Below, piece after piece: positions 38,509 to 47,512 of a DNA stretch of 64,000 nucleotides; within the stretch, counting starts at the first letter, position 1, and the number at the start of each line of letters is the position of its first letter. A program made the translations under genes and the position numbers. A model generated the notes under the pieces. That model saw only the letters and a list, made by a program, of their open reading frames with translations, had not been told where the DNA came from and did no database searches. This DNA comes from a virus, in UHGV virus genome UHGV-0140522. The stretch is one strand, 5' to 3'.

Positions 38509-40068
38509 ATGACAGTTCGGATTGTATCGAATGCAGTCAATGCGCTGATTTCTGGCGCTGATGACAACGTGAAACGGCTCGTTCAGGAGATGTTGAGCTA
38601 TGAAGTGGAGGCTGGTGACTGGAAAGGAACCAGCACGATGTTCAACTGGAGCAAAAACGCGTTCCCGGCTGGGTTTGCGAAGCCAGTTGCAGCCAACCTT
38701 CTGAAAGCTGGCATCAAATGCGTGCATGTGCGCAAGGAAAAAGCCCCCGCGCTTGGCAAGCCGAACCCGGTAGTTAACCCATTCCCGTATAACCCGGACT
38801 ATGCGTATCAGGATCAGACTGTGGAAACACTGGTGCGAGAAGGGATGATGATTGCCCAGATTGCGACGGGTGGCGGTAAATCGAACGTAGCGTGTAAGGC
38901 AGCTGCTCGCATTGGTCGTATGACGCTGTTTTTAACCACGCGCTCGGTTCTGATGTTCCAGATGGCAGAGAACTTCCAGAAATCCATCGACTACCGCGCG
39001 GAGAATGGCGAGCCGTGGCTGAAAGGTCAGAAAGTTGGGGTGATTGGATCTGGTGAGTTCCAGGTCTCGCGCCATATCAACGTTGCCACGGTGCAGACCC
39101 TGGCCAGTTTTCTCGAAGAGCCACCGCGCGACGCATCACCGGAGAAAAAACAGTACCACCTGAAGCGCCGGGAACTGGTTAAGCGCTTTCTGTCCAGCGT
39201 TTCTCTGCTGATTCTGGAAGAGGCACACGAATCATCTGGTTCAAACTTCTACGATATCGCCCGGTTGTGCATCAATGCCGATTACCGTCTGGCGCTGACA
39301 GCTACGCCGTTCATGAAGGACTCGACCGAAGCAAATATGCGTCTCATGGCCGTTGCCGGTCGCATTGAGATAAAGGTAACGGAGAAATATTTGATCGATC
39401 GAGGTATTTTAGCGAAACCATACTTTCTATATCATAAAATCGCGTACACTCCAGACGAGGTGCGGATTAGGGCCGAACTTGCTTCGAAACACCTGAACTT
39501 TCGGGTTGGAATGAGTACGGCTTACCAGAAAGCCTATCAGTTAGGCATCGTTTACAATCTGGGCCGCAACGAGGCTATTGTGCGCGAAGCGTTAATGTAC
39601 AAAAGTCACGGTCTGAACTGTATGACGCTGGTTCGTTTGAAGCGTCATGGTCAGATTTTGATGGAAATGATGAAGGAAAGCGGCCTGAAGGTCGATTTCA
39701 TCTACGGAGAATCAAACCAGACTACCCGACAAGCAAAGCTCAACAGTCTGGCGGCAGGCAAGATAGATGTTCTGATTGGTTCAACCATTCTGGATGTTGG
39801 TGTCGACGTTCCAAGCGTAGGGGCGGTGATTCTGGGTGGTGGCGGCAAAGCCGAAGTTGAGATGCGCCAACGTGTTGGTCGCGGTCTTCGAGCCAAAAAG
39901 AATCAGGCTAACGTGTGCTTTATTACCGACTTTATCGACGTGAGCAACAAATATCTCATGTCGCATTCATATGAGCGGAAGCACATTATCGATACGACGC
40001 CTGGGTTTGCCGAGGGCGTTTTGCCGGTGGGTAGCACATTCGATTTCACTGTTTTGAATAGAGAGTAA
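38509..40068 (+). CDS. SF2 DEAH-box helicase
   Basis: Motif I (ATGGGKSNVA), motif II (LILEEAHES), motif III (TATP) and motif VI (QRVGRGLR). Confidence 0.8.
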   Translation: MTVRIVSNAVNALISGADDNVKRLVQEMLSYEVEAGDWKGTSTMFNWSKNAFPAGFAKPVAANLLKAGIKCVHVRKEKAPALGKPNPVVNPFPYNPDYAYQDQTVETLVREGMMIAQIATGGGKSNVACKAAARIGRMTLFLTTRSVLMFQMAENFQKSIDYRAENGEPWLKGQKVGVIGSGEFQVSRHINVATVQTLASFLEEPPRDASPEKKQYHLKRRELVKRFLSSVSLLILEEAHESSGSNFYDIARLCINADYRLALTATPFMKDSTEANMRLMAVAGRIEIKVTEKYLIDRGILAKPYFLYHKIAYTPDEVRIRAELASKHLNFRVGMSTAYQKAYQLGIVYNLGRNEAIVREALMYKSHGLNCMTLVRLKRHGQILMEMMKESGLKVDFIYGESNQTTRQAKLNSLAAGKIDVLIGSTILDVGVDVPSVGAVILGGGGKAEVEMRQRVGRGLRAKKNQANVCFITDFIDVSNKYLMSHSYERKHIIDTTPGFAEGVLPVGSTFDFTVLNRE

Positions 40069-40070
40069 GC

Positions 40071-40349
40071 ATGAGCGAGAAACGCGCTATACACTGCCAG
40101 GTTCAGTTAACCGAAAAAGCAAACGACAAGCTGGAAACCTTTCAGAATCGACTGCGTGAACGCAATATTAAGCTGTCAAAGGCAGACATCATCAATCTGG
40201 TGCTGTCCAACATGACGATGGCTGATTTTGATAAGGCAGCTACGTCATTAGAGGCTTCTGCAAAGGCCCGTGAAAAGGTCATGAAGATTTACGAATCCTC
40301 TGGCATGACCAAAGAAGATCTGGCCGATATTCTCAAACGTCTCGATTAA
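40071..40349 (+). CDS. small putative DNA-binding protein (RHH-like, 92 aa)
   Basis: Lies 3 bp downstream of the helicase gene. The N-terminal beta-strand plus helix pattern is consistent with a ribbon-helix-helix regulator. A weak terminator follows. Confidence 0.35.
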   Translation: MSEKRAIHCQVQLTEKANDKLETFQNRLRERNIKLSKADIINLVLSNMTMADFDKAATSLEASAKAREKVMKIYESSGMTKEDLADILKRLD

Positions 40350-40407
40350 GCATTAAGGGCGTCGCAAGACGCCTTGTTCGTTGAGTGATAAGGATTTAGT
40401 TCAAGCC

Positions 40408-40830
40408 ATGAAACACGTTCTACTTCCACTGATTACCATCCCCGTTTTACTCCTGAGTGCATGTTCATCCCGCCCTGTGTCTGTAGCTGATGCAAAACCG
40501 GCTCCGCAGGCCAGAGTTTTCAAATACCAGACGTCTGCACCAACCACGCTGGTGGTTATGAGGGACAAAGGTATGATAGGTGCGGGCTGTGACGCATCCA
40601 TCTTCATCAATGGTGAGACGGTTGCGAAACTTGAGACCGGTGAAAAAGCGACGTTCCATCTTGATGCCGGGCAATGGATTGTTGGCGCTTCACTGGAAGG
40701 CGCCGGGCTGTGCGCACTGAACCCTGCTCGTCAGGAACGCGAGACCTTCACCAAAGCTGGCGAGACGAAAGTCTTCCGGGTGTTCACCAGCAACGCAGGT
40801 GACATCGATATCCTACCAACGACACTGTGA
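40408..40830 (+). CDS. lipoprotein (140 aa)
   Basis: Signal peptide with lipobox (LLLSAC). The start at MKHV is preferred over the upstream GTG shown in the ORF track. Confidence 0.55.
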   Translation: MKHVLLPLITIPVLLLSACSSRPVSVADAKPAPQARVFKYQTSAPTTLVVMRDKGMIGAGCDASIFINGETVAKLETGEKATFHLDAGQWIVGASLEGAGLCALNPARQERETFTKAGETKVFRVFTSNAGDIDILPTTL

Positions 40831-40834
40831 CGAT

Positions 40835-41362
40835 ATGACGAATATTACTGACATCACCTACGGGATTCCTGCAGAAGTCTGGCCGCGCGATTACACCAAC
40901 GTGGAGAAGGCGCTGATGTTCTGGCGTAAGTCTCTCATTCCTGTAAGGGTCACGATGGAAGATGGTCAGGTGTTCTGCATGTACGTTCAGGGTCTCATGT
41001 CGTCGCGCAACAAAGTCGATCTTTGCCCTGCCCCGTTCGACAAAGAAAATCGTATAAGGCTCCCACTTGAGCGAATCAGTACGATTGAATCAGGTGTGAC
41101 AGAAAGCATTGCGCACGATTTCACGGGTCGGACAACGGTACACCCAGACTATGTGGACAATCGGCCATCTCGCCGTGATTTCTTCAAAATTTGTCGCCAG
41201 GCTCATGAGATGCAGAAGTCTATAAGGGTCTACATGGCGGATGGCCGTGAAATTGAGGGTGTGTCTTCAGGCGTTGACGCTTGCCAGGTCACGCTCAACA
41301 TGGGGGACGGTCGGAAGACAGTCGTCATGTTCGATTGGGTCGAACGGATTTTACCGTTTTAA
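40835..41362 (+). CDS. hypothetical protein
   Basis: The preferred ATG is at 40835, just after the upstream stop. A terminator at 41375-41405 follows. Confidence 0.4.
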   Translation: MTNITDITYGIPAEVWPRDYTNVEKALMFWRKSLIPVRVTMEDGQVFCMYVQGLMSSRNKVDLCPAPFDKENRIRLPLERISTIESGVTESIAHDFTGRTTVHPDYVDNRPSRRDFFKICRQAHEMQKSIRVYMADGREIEGVSSGVDACQVTLNMGDGRKTVVMFDWVERILPF

Positions 41363-41374
41363 ATCTATAAGGGT

Positions 41375-41405
41375 AATAACCGGCTAAGTCCGGTTATTAT
41401 TTTAT
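41375..41405 (+). terminator. rho-independent terminator
   Basis: Stem aataaccggc / gccggttatt followed by a T-run. Confidence 0.65.
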
Positions 41406-41685
41406 GTGTCACTTCCCGTTATATTTATTTCCCCTAATCCCTATTCCACTTTAAATATATAAGGGTGAATGACCGAATAGGGAATTTATTTAGGCAACAC
41501 CTTCGAGAAAACGCGATTTATTTCTAAGACTTTGATTTTTGTTGAAGAAAATTTTTTTTCGTTCCCGTGTAAAAAACTCTTGATTTTAATTTCTGTATAT
41601 CGATAATTAGTCACATCGAAAGCGAACACGCTAACGATAAACAAATAACAAATTAAGTTATCAATATTACATAAGGATTAATATC

Positions 41686-42336
41686 ATGTCTAACGTTGCT
41701 ATCTCTAAAAAATCCATCATCGACGCTGCTGTAGTTATCGCTAATGAATTACAAGTTGCAGCCAATAATGCTACTCAGACTTATAACAATCATTATCAGA
41801 ATGGTACGCACACAAAAGCAGATAAAGCTAACATGCTTGCAGCGACTACCAAACTTGCATACTTCACCAACAACGTTTTAAACGCTGTTAATGATGAGAA
41901 ATTAGCTGGTGTCTTTTACTACGCGATTAAAGCAAGCAAACAAGCGCCAGAAGTGTTTTTCCGCGAAGCTATGACCAATAGCTATTCACTCGAAAAATTG
42001 GTTTATCTGGTTAAATCTATCAAGTCTGGTAAATGCGTTTATTCCGTCGCTGATATGTCCGGATCTCGCGTATTCGCATTAATCGAAATGATTAATGATG
42101 AATTAGAAACATTCACAAATGGCGCTGTTTTCGATTTGATGAATGAAGCGAAAAAAGCCAACGAAATTAAATTGGACGCTGGCTACACTCAAGCCAACCA
42201 GCTGATCAATCTTTGCGAGCGTCTCGGACTGGTCGAGAAGATCAAAGGAATGGGCGCAGCGAAAAACGGATCGCAACAATATCGCTTTATCAAGAATGAT
42301 TTTTATAACTATCTGGCTGATGCTTTCAAAGCGTAA
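41686..42336 (+). CDS. hypothetical protein (216 aa) in an AT-rich cassette
   Basis: Preceded by an AT-rich promoter-like region of about 300 bp. Its GC is low relative to the backbone. A terminator at 42349-42375 follows. Confidence 0.5.
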   Translation: MSNVAISKKSIIDAAVVIANELQVAANNATQTYNNHYQNGTHTKADKANMLAATTKLAYFTNNVLNAVNDEKLAGVFYYAIKASKQAPEVFFREAMTNSYSLEKLVYLVKSIKSGKCVYSVADMSGSRVFALIEMINDELETFTNGAVFDLMNEAKKANEIKLDAGYTQANQLINLCERLGLVEKIKGMGAAKNGSQQYRFIKNDFYNYLADAFKA

Positions 42337-42348
42337 TTAGATGGATAT

Positions 42349-42375
42349 AGCGCCCACTATGGGCGCTAGTTTTAA
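42349..42375 (+). terminator. rho-independent terminator
   Basis: Stem agcgccc / gggcgct followed by a T-run. Confidence 0.65.
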
Positions 42376-42386
42376 GGATAAAAATC

Positions 42387-42590
42387 ATGATTAGTTATGA
42401 CCAGATCCGCGCGGAGTATCGCGCAAAATATCGCGCTTATAAACTTGAATTAATCGACGACTTAAAAGCGCAACGTGACAAATTAAATTTTACGTTTTCT
42501 GATTTGCTTAACAGCAAAAGAGACTGTAAACGCAAACGTGAATATTTGCGCTTGTCTGAAATGATCGGAAAACTACAAAACAGCATTTAA
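42387..42590 (+). CDS. small basic protein (67 aa)
   Basis: Second gene of the AT-rich cassette. It is followed by a terminator with the same stem sequence as the one at 42349-42375. Confidence 0.4.
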   Translation: MISYDQIRAEYRAKYRAYKLELIDDLKAQRDKLNFTFSDLLNSKRDCKRKREYLRLSEMIGKLQNSI

Positions 42591-42595
42591 GCAAT

Positions 42596-42621
42596 AGCGC
42601 CCATAGTGGGCGCTTTTTTCG
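42596..42621 (+). terminator. rho-independent terminator (same stem as 42349-42375, loop inverted)
   Basis: agcgcccatagtgggcgct followed by TTTTTT. Confidence 0.7.
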
Positions 42622-43230
42622 TTTCAAGATCCGCACACCATAACGCGCCATTGTTGGCGCGTTTTTTATTGTCTGAAGTCAGCCAAAACAGACCCAAAAT
42701 AAGCGCCATAAACGCGCCAATTTAACGCGTTTTTATGTGTGGTGGTACATGCCCATTACCCACAATAAAAAACACGTTATAGCGCGTTTTACAGCGTTTT
42801 AGCGCGTGGCTTATTTTTTCGTGTCGTGGGCGTGATCGTCTGGCGATATCTGGCGACGTGATCCGCGCTATCCTTCGGGACGTGTCGGCAATATTGGCAT
42901 GATCCGTGGGCGCTCGCGTATCATTGGCACGTTGGCGTGACGTGTACGCGCTTGCAGTGGTTTACCCACGGATTCACATAATCACATAGCGAAAGCTATC
43001 TGGATGGCTCAGGGGCTGAAACCCCACCAGCGCTACCCCAGCGCCCCTGCGATATTTTCTGGCAGGATTCTGGGCTTCTCCCGCTCTGTTTTCTACATAA
43101 AGGCAAACCCAGCCGTTTCCCGAAAATTCCCTGGCCGTTTCCCTTCGGTTCCCCGGACAGCCCTCTGGCCGTTTCTGAATATCCCTGCGGCAGCTGGTGG
43201 ACGAAAAGAAAGGGGCGTTTCCAGCCCCTC
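42600..43230. repeat. repeat-rich non-coding region with three families of short repeats
   Basis: Repeat families ACGCGCC / GCGCGTTTT, CGTGATCCG and GCCGTTTCCC. No ORF is present. Confidence 0.5.
43203..43230 (-). terminator. rho-independent terminator after gene 43236..43718
   Basis: Stem aggggc / gcccct followed by a U-run on the minus-strand transcript. Confidence 0.55.
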
Positions 43231-43235
43231 CCCTC

Positions 43236-43718
43236 TTACTTGCCAGCCAGGATGTGAATGCGGTTCTTTCCGTACACCTCTTTCACGTAGTCCCCGCACG
43301 AGATACTCCACGAGTCGATTCCTGCTTCATAGATGACGTTTTTGCACTTGATGGCGTTGTTGGCGATGCGCATTCCCTCCCCCACTGCTTCCTGTTCGCT
43401 GAAGTCGAACCCGGATTCTGTTTTAACCCATAGCGCGATCTGCGTGGCGAACTCGATGAGTTTTGACTGGCAGAAGCGACCGCTGCGTACCGGGAAGATG
43501 AATACGCCAAATCCCGAGGTGGAGACATACGCTTTCTCAAATACGCGCTTATGGCGACGGTTGCAGATAATGTCATTGGTGATCTGCTGTTTCTCTTTCC
43601 CGGACAGCTCGATGGCTACATTGTCACGCCAGGCGCCCAGCACGCTTTTCTCGTTATCAGAGAACGTCACAGAAATATGGCCATGCGCAGGGGTGTTAAC
43701 AGTAGCGATAAAATTCAT
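43236..43718 (-). CDS. hypothetical early protein (160 aa)
   Basis: A conserved promoter/leader element at 43733-43766 lies directly upstream. Confidence 0.5.
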   Translation of the reverse strand: MNFIATVNTPAHGHISVTFSDNEKSVLGAWRDNVAIELSGKEKQQITNDIICNRRHKRVFEKAYVSTSGFGVFIFPVRSGRFCQSKLIEFATQIALWVKTESGFDFSEQEAVGEGMRIANNAIKCKNVIYEAGIDSWSISCGDYVKEVYGKNRIHILAGK

Positions 43719-43923
43719 ATCATCAATCCTTTAAACAACTTGTTTTCTTGTTGGTTTAATTATCGCTACGCGCATAAGGTGTCCAAGCGTTCTGTTCCGG
43801 CAGCTGGTGGCCGGCAGGGAGTCGGAGAGTTGTTCGGTAGCCTGGCGGCAAGAGGTGGGTGTTTTTAGCCTGCGGGAAACAGGATGGTCATTTAAGGCCA
43901 CCAGCGTGGGTGGCCTCGTTCTC

Positions 43924-44205
43924 TTAGTGGAGCAAACCGACGTCGATGGTATCGCCGGAGCCATCCACGCGGATCATCAGCATGGCGAAGGCATTTAGTG
44001 GGTAGCCTGCGTGCCAGTCCGGGAAGCGGTCATCGCGCATGAAGTCGGCAATGTCATAAACGCTGTCCTCAAAGCGGAAGAAACGGGCATCACATTGTTC
44101 GTCCTGTTCAACGTGATCCATTTCCTGCTGCTCTTCCGGCGACAGGTCGAGCCAGGATTCCAGCCATACGTTTTCAGCTTTAGGGGAGATGGTGAAATCG
44201 GTCAT
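43924..44205 (-). CDS. small acidic protein (about 93 aa)
   Basis: Start at MTDF (44205) with a GGAGGA RBS. A leader element at 44225-44258 lies upstream. Confidence 0.45.
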   Translation of the reverse strand: MTDFTISPKAENVWLESWLDLSPEEQQEMDHVEQDEQCDARFFRFEDSVYDIADFMRDDRFPDWHAGYPLNAFAMLMIRVDGSGDTIDVGLLH

Positions 44206-44331
44206 GTGCATATCCTCCATGCGTAAACATCTTGTTTTCTTGTTGGTGTAATTATCGCAATGTGGATAAGGCAAAAAACATTTTGTTATCGGGAATAAGA
44301 AAATGGCGCGGGGTACGCGCCATTGGAGGGA

Positions 44332-44726
44332 TTAAGCGAATACGCTTTCCGGGATGTAGTTTTCAACCGGTTCGTTGGACACGATGCGCAGACCGTATTG
44401 TCCAAGCCAGGTGTTGCTCGGGTTCAAGTAGGAGGTGTACAGCTCGTCTGCTTTCACCATCATCTTCTCAAACATCTCTTTGTTTACGCCGCGGAAATAC
44501 GTTTCCAGTTTCAGCAGCATTGGTTCGGATGCGTTGCTGATGCTCTGGAAGCCTACGGTGTACACCCCATCCTCTTCTGTCCCGGTGCGGATCAGGGTGG
44601 TGGTGAGCACTTCAGTCCCGTTCGTGCTGTCACGCAGAATAGCGGTCAGTTTTGCAACTTTTCCGCCTGAGGTTGTTTCTGACGCATAGTACAAATCAAG
44701 AACCAGGTTTTCACGAATTACAGTCA
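44332..44726 (-). CDS. hypothetical early protein (about 131 aa)
   Basis: Start at the internal Met MTVIRENL with an AGGGAG RBS. A palindrome site at 44768-44782 lies upstream. Confidence 0.45.
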
Positions 44727-44793
44727 TTTTTGGTCTCCCTGTTGTTGACCTGATTATATTATTGTCGTAGGTAAGCACTTACAATACAGGTAA

Positions 44794-44824
44794 GCAAAAA
44801 AGCCCCGAAGGATGGACGGGGCTG
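44794..44824 (-). terminator. rho-independent terminator
   Basis: Stem agccccg / cggggct followed by a U6 run on the minus-strand transcript. Confidence 0.65.
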
Positions 44825-44855
44825 TCGTAGGGACGACTAATCGCTTTTGCACATG

Positions 44856-45167
44856 TCAGGCTGTCGCCAGGAGAGAGGCACGCTGGATTTCTTGCTGGGC
44901 TACTTTGTTCGCTTCCAGTAGCGCCTGTTCCAGCTCTCCTTCCGGCCAGATGATCTGTTTTGCCATCCACCCTCTTCCACTCTGGCGACGCACACTCATT
45001 ACGTAACGCGTGCGGGAACCATTGTCGAACGAGACCAGCGTCTCTTTGAACAGGCGAATAGCAGTGCCGTTGGCGATGATATCGAGCAGGGTCAGCTGGC
45101 TCATTACGGTTGGTTTTTCTTTACGTGGCTGGCCCGCGCTCAGTTTGGTGATCATCGCGTTTTTCAT
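44856..45167 (-). CDS. hypothetical early protein (103 aa)
   Basis: A leader element at 45180-45214 lies upstream. Confidence 0.45.
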   Translation of the reverse strand: MKNAMITKLSAGQPRKEKPTVMSQLTLLDIIANGTAIRLFKETLVSFDNGSRTRYVMSVRRQSGRGWMAKQIIWPEGELEQALLEANKVAQQEIQRASLLATA

Positions 45168-45307
45168 AATTCACTCCGTAAACAACTTGTTTTCTTATTG
45201 GTGTAAATAATACCAGCGAGAAAACGGCTACAAAGCATAGCGTTACGGTGCTGCGCTGCCCCGGAGGTTGCAAACAGCAAAAAGCCACCGTGCTGGTGGT
45301 CTCACTC

Positions 45308-45526
45308 TTAATCTTCGTCGTCCGGGAACTCGATGTGTACCGCGTCCACCAGCTCCCGCTGTTCATCTTCACTGAGCAGATGCCAGATATCCTTCCCTTT
45401 GGGTGATTCCCCTTCAGCCGGGACGAACGACCACAACTTGCGGTACAACTCCGGCCCCACAGCATCCAGGCACTCAGCCAAGGAATCCTCGCTCCACACC
45501 TCAACCATCACAGGCATCTTAATCAT
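45308..45526 (-). CDS. small acidic protein (72 aa)
   Basis: Internal start MIKMPVMV with a GAGGGTGA RBS. The longer ORF in the track overlaps the upstream gene. Confidence 0.4.
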   Translation of the reverse strand: MIKMPVMVEVWSEDSLAECLDAVGPELYRKLWSFVPAEGESPKGKDIWHLLSEDEQRELVDAVHIEFPDDED

Positions 45527-45536
45527 CTCTTCACCC

Positions 45537-45752
45537 TCACTTCGTTTCTGACGTCGTGCAGTTCCACGCGACGGACATTGGGTTGTCCTCGATATGGAAA
45601 TCAAACGTCCCTTCTCTATATCCTTCAGAGATGAGCGTCGCCACGCGACCAGCAACATCCTGGGAACGGATAACGTCATCGAGGGAGATCTCACACTCGG
45701 AGGACTCTTCCTCGCCACAGAGGGTGATGCTGATATTCAGATGCTTGTACAT
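45537..45752 (-). CDS. small acidic protein (71 aa)
   Basis: AAGGAG RBS. A leader element at 45770-45803 lies upstream. Confidence 0.45.
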   Translation of the reverse strand: MYKHLNISITLCGEEESSECEISLDDVIRSQDVAGRVATLISEGYREGTFDFHIEDNPMSVAWNCTTSETK

Positions 45753-45894
45753 GTGTTTCTCCTTTGTCTAAACACGTTGTTTTCTTGTTGGTGTTATTAT
45801 CGCAATAAGAAAACGGGGAAAAAGAATTCCTTAAAGGCTGATGTGCTTGTGCCGATTTATTGCTATGTATGTATCTGGCTAACTCAGAGGGAAT

Positions 45895-46140
45895 GTGATG
45901 AGCACTAAAGACTACACAGACGGGTACTTCAGCATCGACGCCGAGAGAGGCGAGTTGCTACATGGCGGCATCACTGTCGGACGCGTCATTTTGGTTAACG
46001 GTCAGATTTACACAGAGCTGGACGATACCAGTTCAAGCGCACCTGTCGTCTCCGGCCCCTTCGGGACAAGAGAAGAGGCGCTCGATGATTTGTGGGACAA
46101 CAGGGACGATGCGAATCAGGGCAGTGAGATTTTCGAATAA
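45895..46140 (+). CDS. small acidic protein (81 aa)
   Basis: GAGGGAA RBS. It is the only plus-strand gene in this block. Confidence 0.4.
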   Translation: MMSTKDYTDGYFSIDAERGELLHGGITVGRVILVNGQIYTELDDTSSSAPVVSGPFGTREEALDDLWDNRDDANQGSEIFE

Positions 46141-46699
46141 ACGTCCTCGGCGATTTCACCACCAAAACCCGTAACCCTTTACACTAGATCTGGCTTCCCG
46201 ATATGAGCGTGCGAAGCTGATCTGGTCTCAATGCTCAACTGCGGGATTCACCAATTCCCGCACTATTCAGGTGAATGAGGAAAAGGCATACTCCCGCAGC
46301 CGTCCCTCGCTCTGAACTGGGATGTACCCGTTTCCCGACCGGCAGCCAGCCTTTTCCCTGCGGCGATGCCCCCGTTCCTGAAAAGGAACATGGCCTTTTC
46401 CCTAGATGGCCCGAAGGCTGACCGAAGGGGTGGATAGGGACGTTACGGGGGATGAAAACTATGGCTTGAATTTCTACGGAGAAAGTAGCGATACCCCTCT
46501 TCCCCTTCCCACTTATACCTCCAGTTAAATCTCTACGGATTTTCTCTCCTGTGGACGTGTAAACCTTCCCCCTGATAACGCTCTATACGGCGAGTATTCC
46601 TTTGGGTGAAATGGGTGGTTTGTTCTCTCTACCGGCGTATGTGGTTTCGTTGTTCTTGAGGTGGTTCTTCTCTGTGTTTTCGTCTGGGTTGTTCTCGTC

Positions 46700-47110
46700 G
46701 TTTTGGTGAGTGTTCTTCTCCGTGTATAGAGTAATGGCATGTGCGCTTCTCTCTTCGTTTACGTGAAGAGATGGAAGTGTGGGTAATGGCAGTAGGGCGC
46801 TTTTGTTGTTCTCCGCATATGAAGTAATGGCGTTCCCTGCTATTCAGGAATTTGCGCTCCCTTTCGGGGTAATGGTGGGTAAACGAGATTGCGACGGTTC
46901 CTGTTCTGGTCTGGGTTTGTCCGGGGTTTCGTTCTGGCTGTTCTTCTCCGTGTATTGGGTAATGGCGTGTAGGGGTTTGCGTGCGCGAGCTGCGTTCTCG
47001 GTTGCCTGGGGAGATTAGGTGGGTGGTCTGTAGCCTGGGGCAAAGAGGTGGGTCTTTTCGGTAGCCTGACAGGAAGAGGTGGGTGTTTCCGGGATTGTGG
47101 GTAATGGCGT
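46700..47110. repeat. iteron-like direct repeats (six GTAATGGC copies, three 25-bp GTTCTTCTCCGTGTAT-N3-GTAATGGC units, two GGTAGCCTG-N6-AAGAGGTGGGT units)
   Basis: Direct repeats with irregular spacing in a 1.2-kb stretch free of coding sequence. The only ORF here is an artefact of the repeats. Confidence 0.55.
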
Positions 47111-47512
47111 CTCTGGTTTTCCTGTGGGTGTGGTTAACTTGTTTTCTTGTGCCTGAAAACAACTTGTTTAGATGTCCAATATAACGCAACGGGAGCGCTT
47201 CTGAGCGTGTCTGTTTTTGGGTGGTATCACGAGTCGTTTTTGACGTTTTGGTCGCAGGGAGATGGATTCTGGTGCGTAGGATTTTGGGTATAAGAGATGG
47301 CTTGCGAAAACGTCAACTTTTTAGACCAAATCAAGGGAAAGCGTTGACTTTTCGTTGATGTGTTATTTATTTGTTTTCTTATGGGTGTAATTGGCTTAAA
47401 TGCCTTGTCACGCCTGGGCTGGGGCAGGTTGGAGGGGTGGGGAAAGTGGCGATCAACGGACTCTTATAGAAATCCTCAATTTGTGACCGCCAATGTCAAC
47501 GAGTTGCAGCCG

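Noticed and set aside
46700-47110. Possible CRISPR array
   Set aside because: The repeats are short, imperfect and irregularly spaced, with no uniform repeat-spacer periodicity. Iterons are the better explanation.
46629-47189. 186-aa minus-strand ORF with repeated HYPIHGEE-like peptides
   Set aside because: It is a product of the direct DNA repeats in the iteron-like region. The sequence is low-complexity, has no RBS, and overlaps regulatory repeats. It was treated as non-coding.
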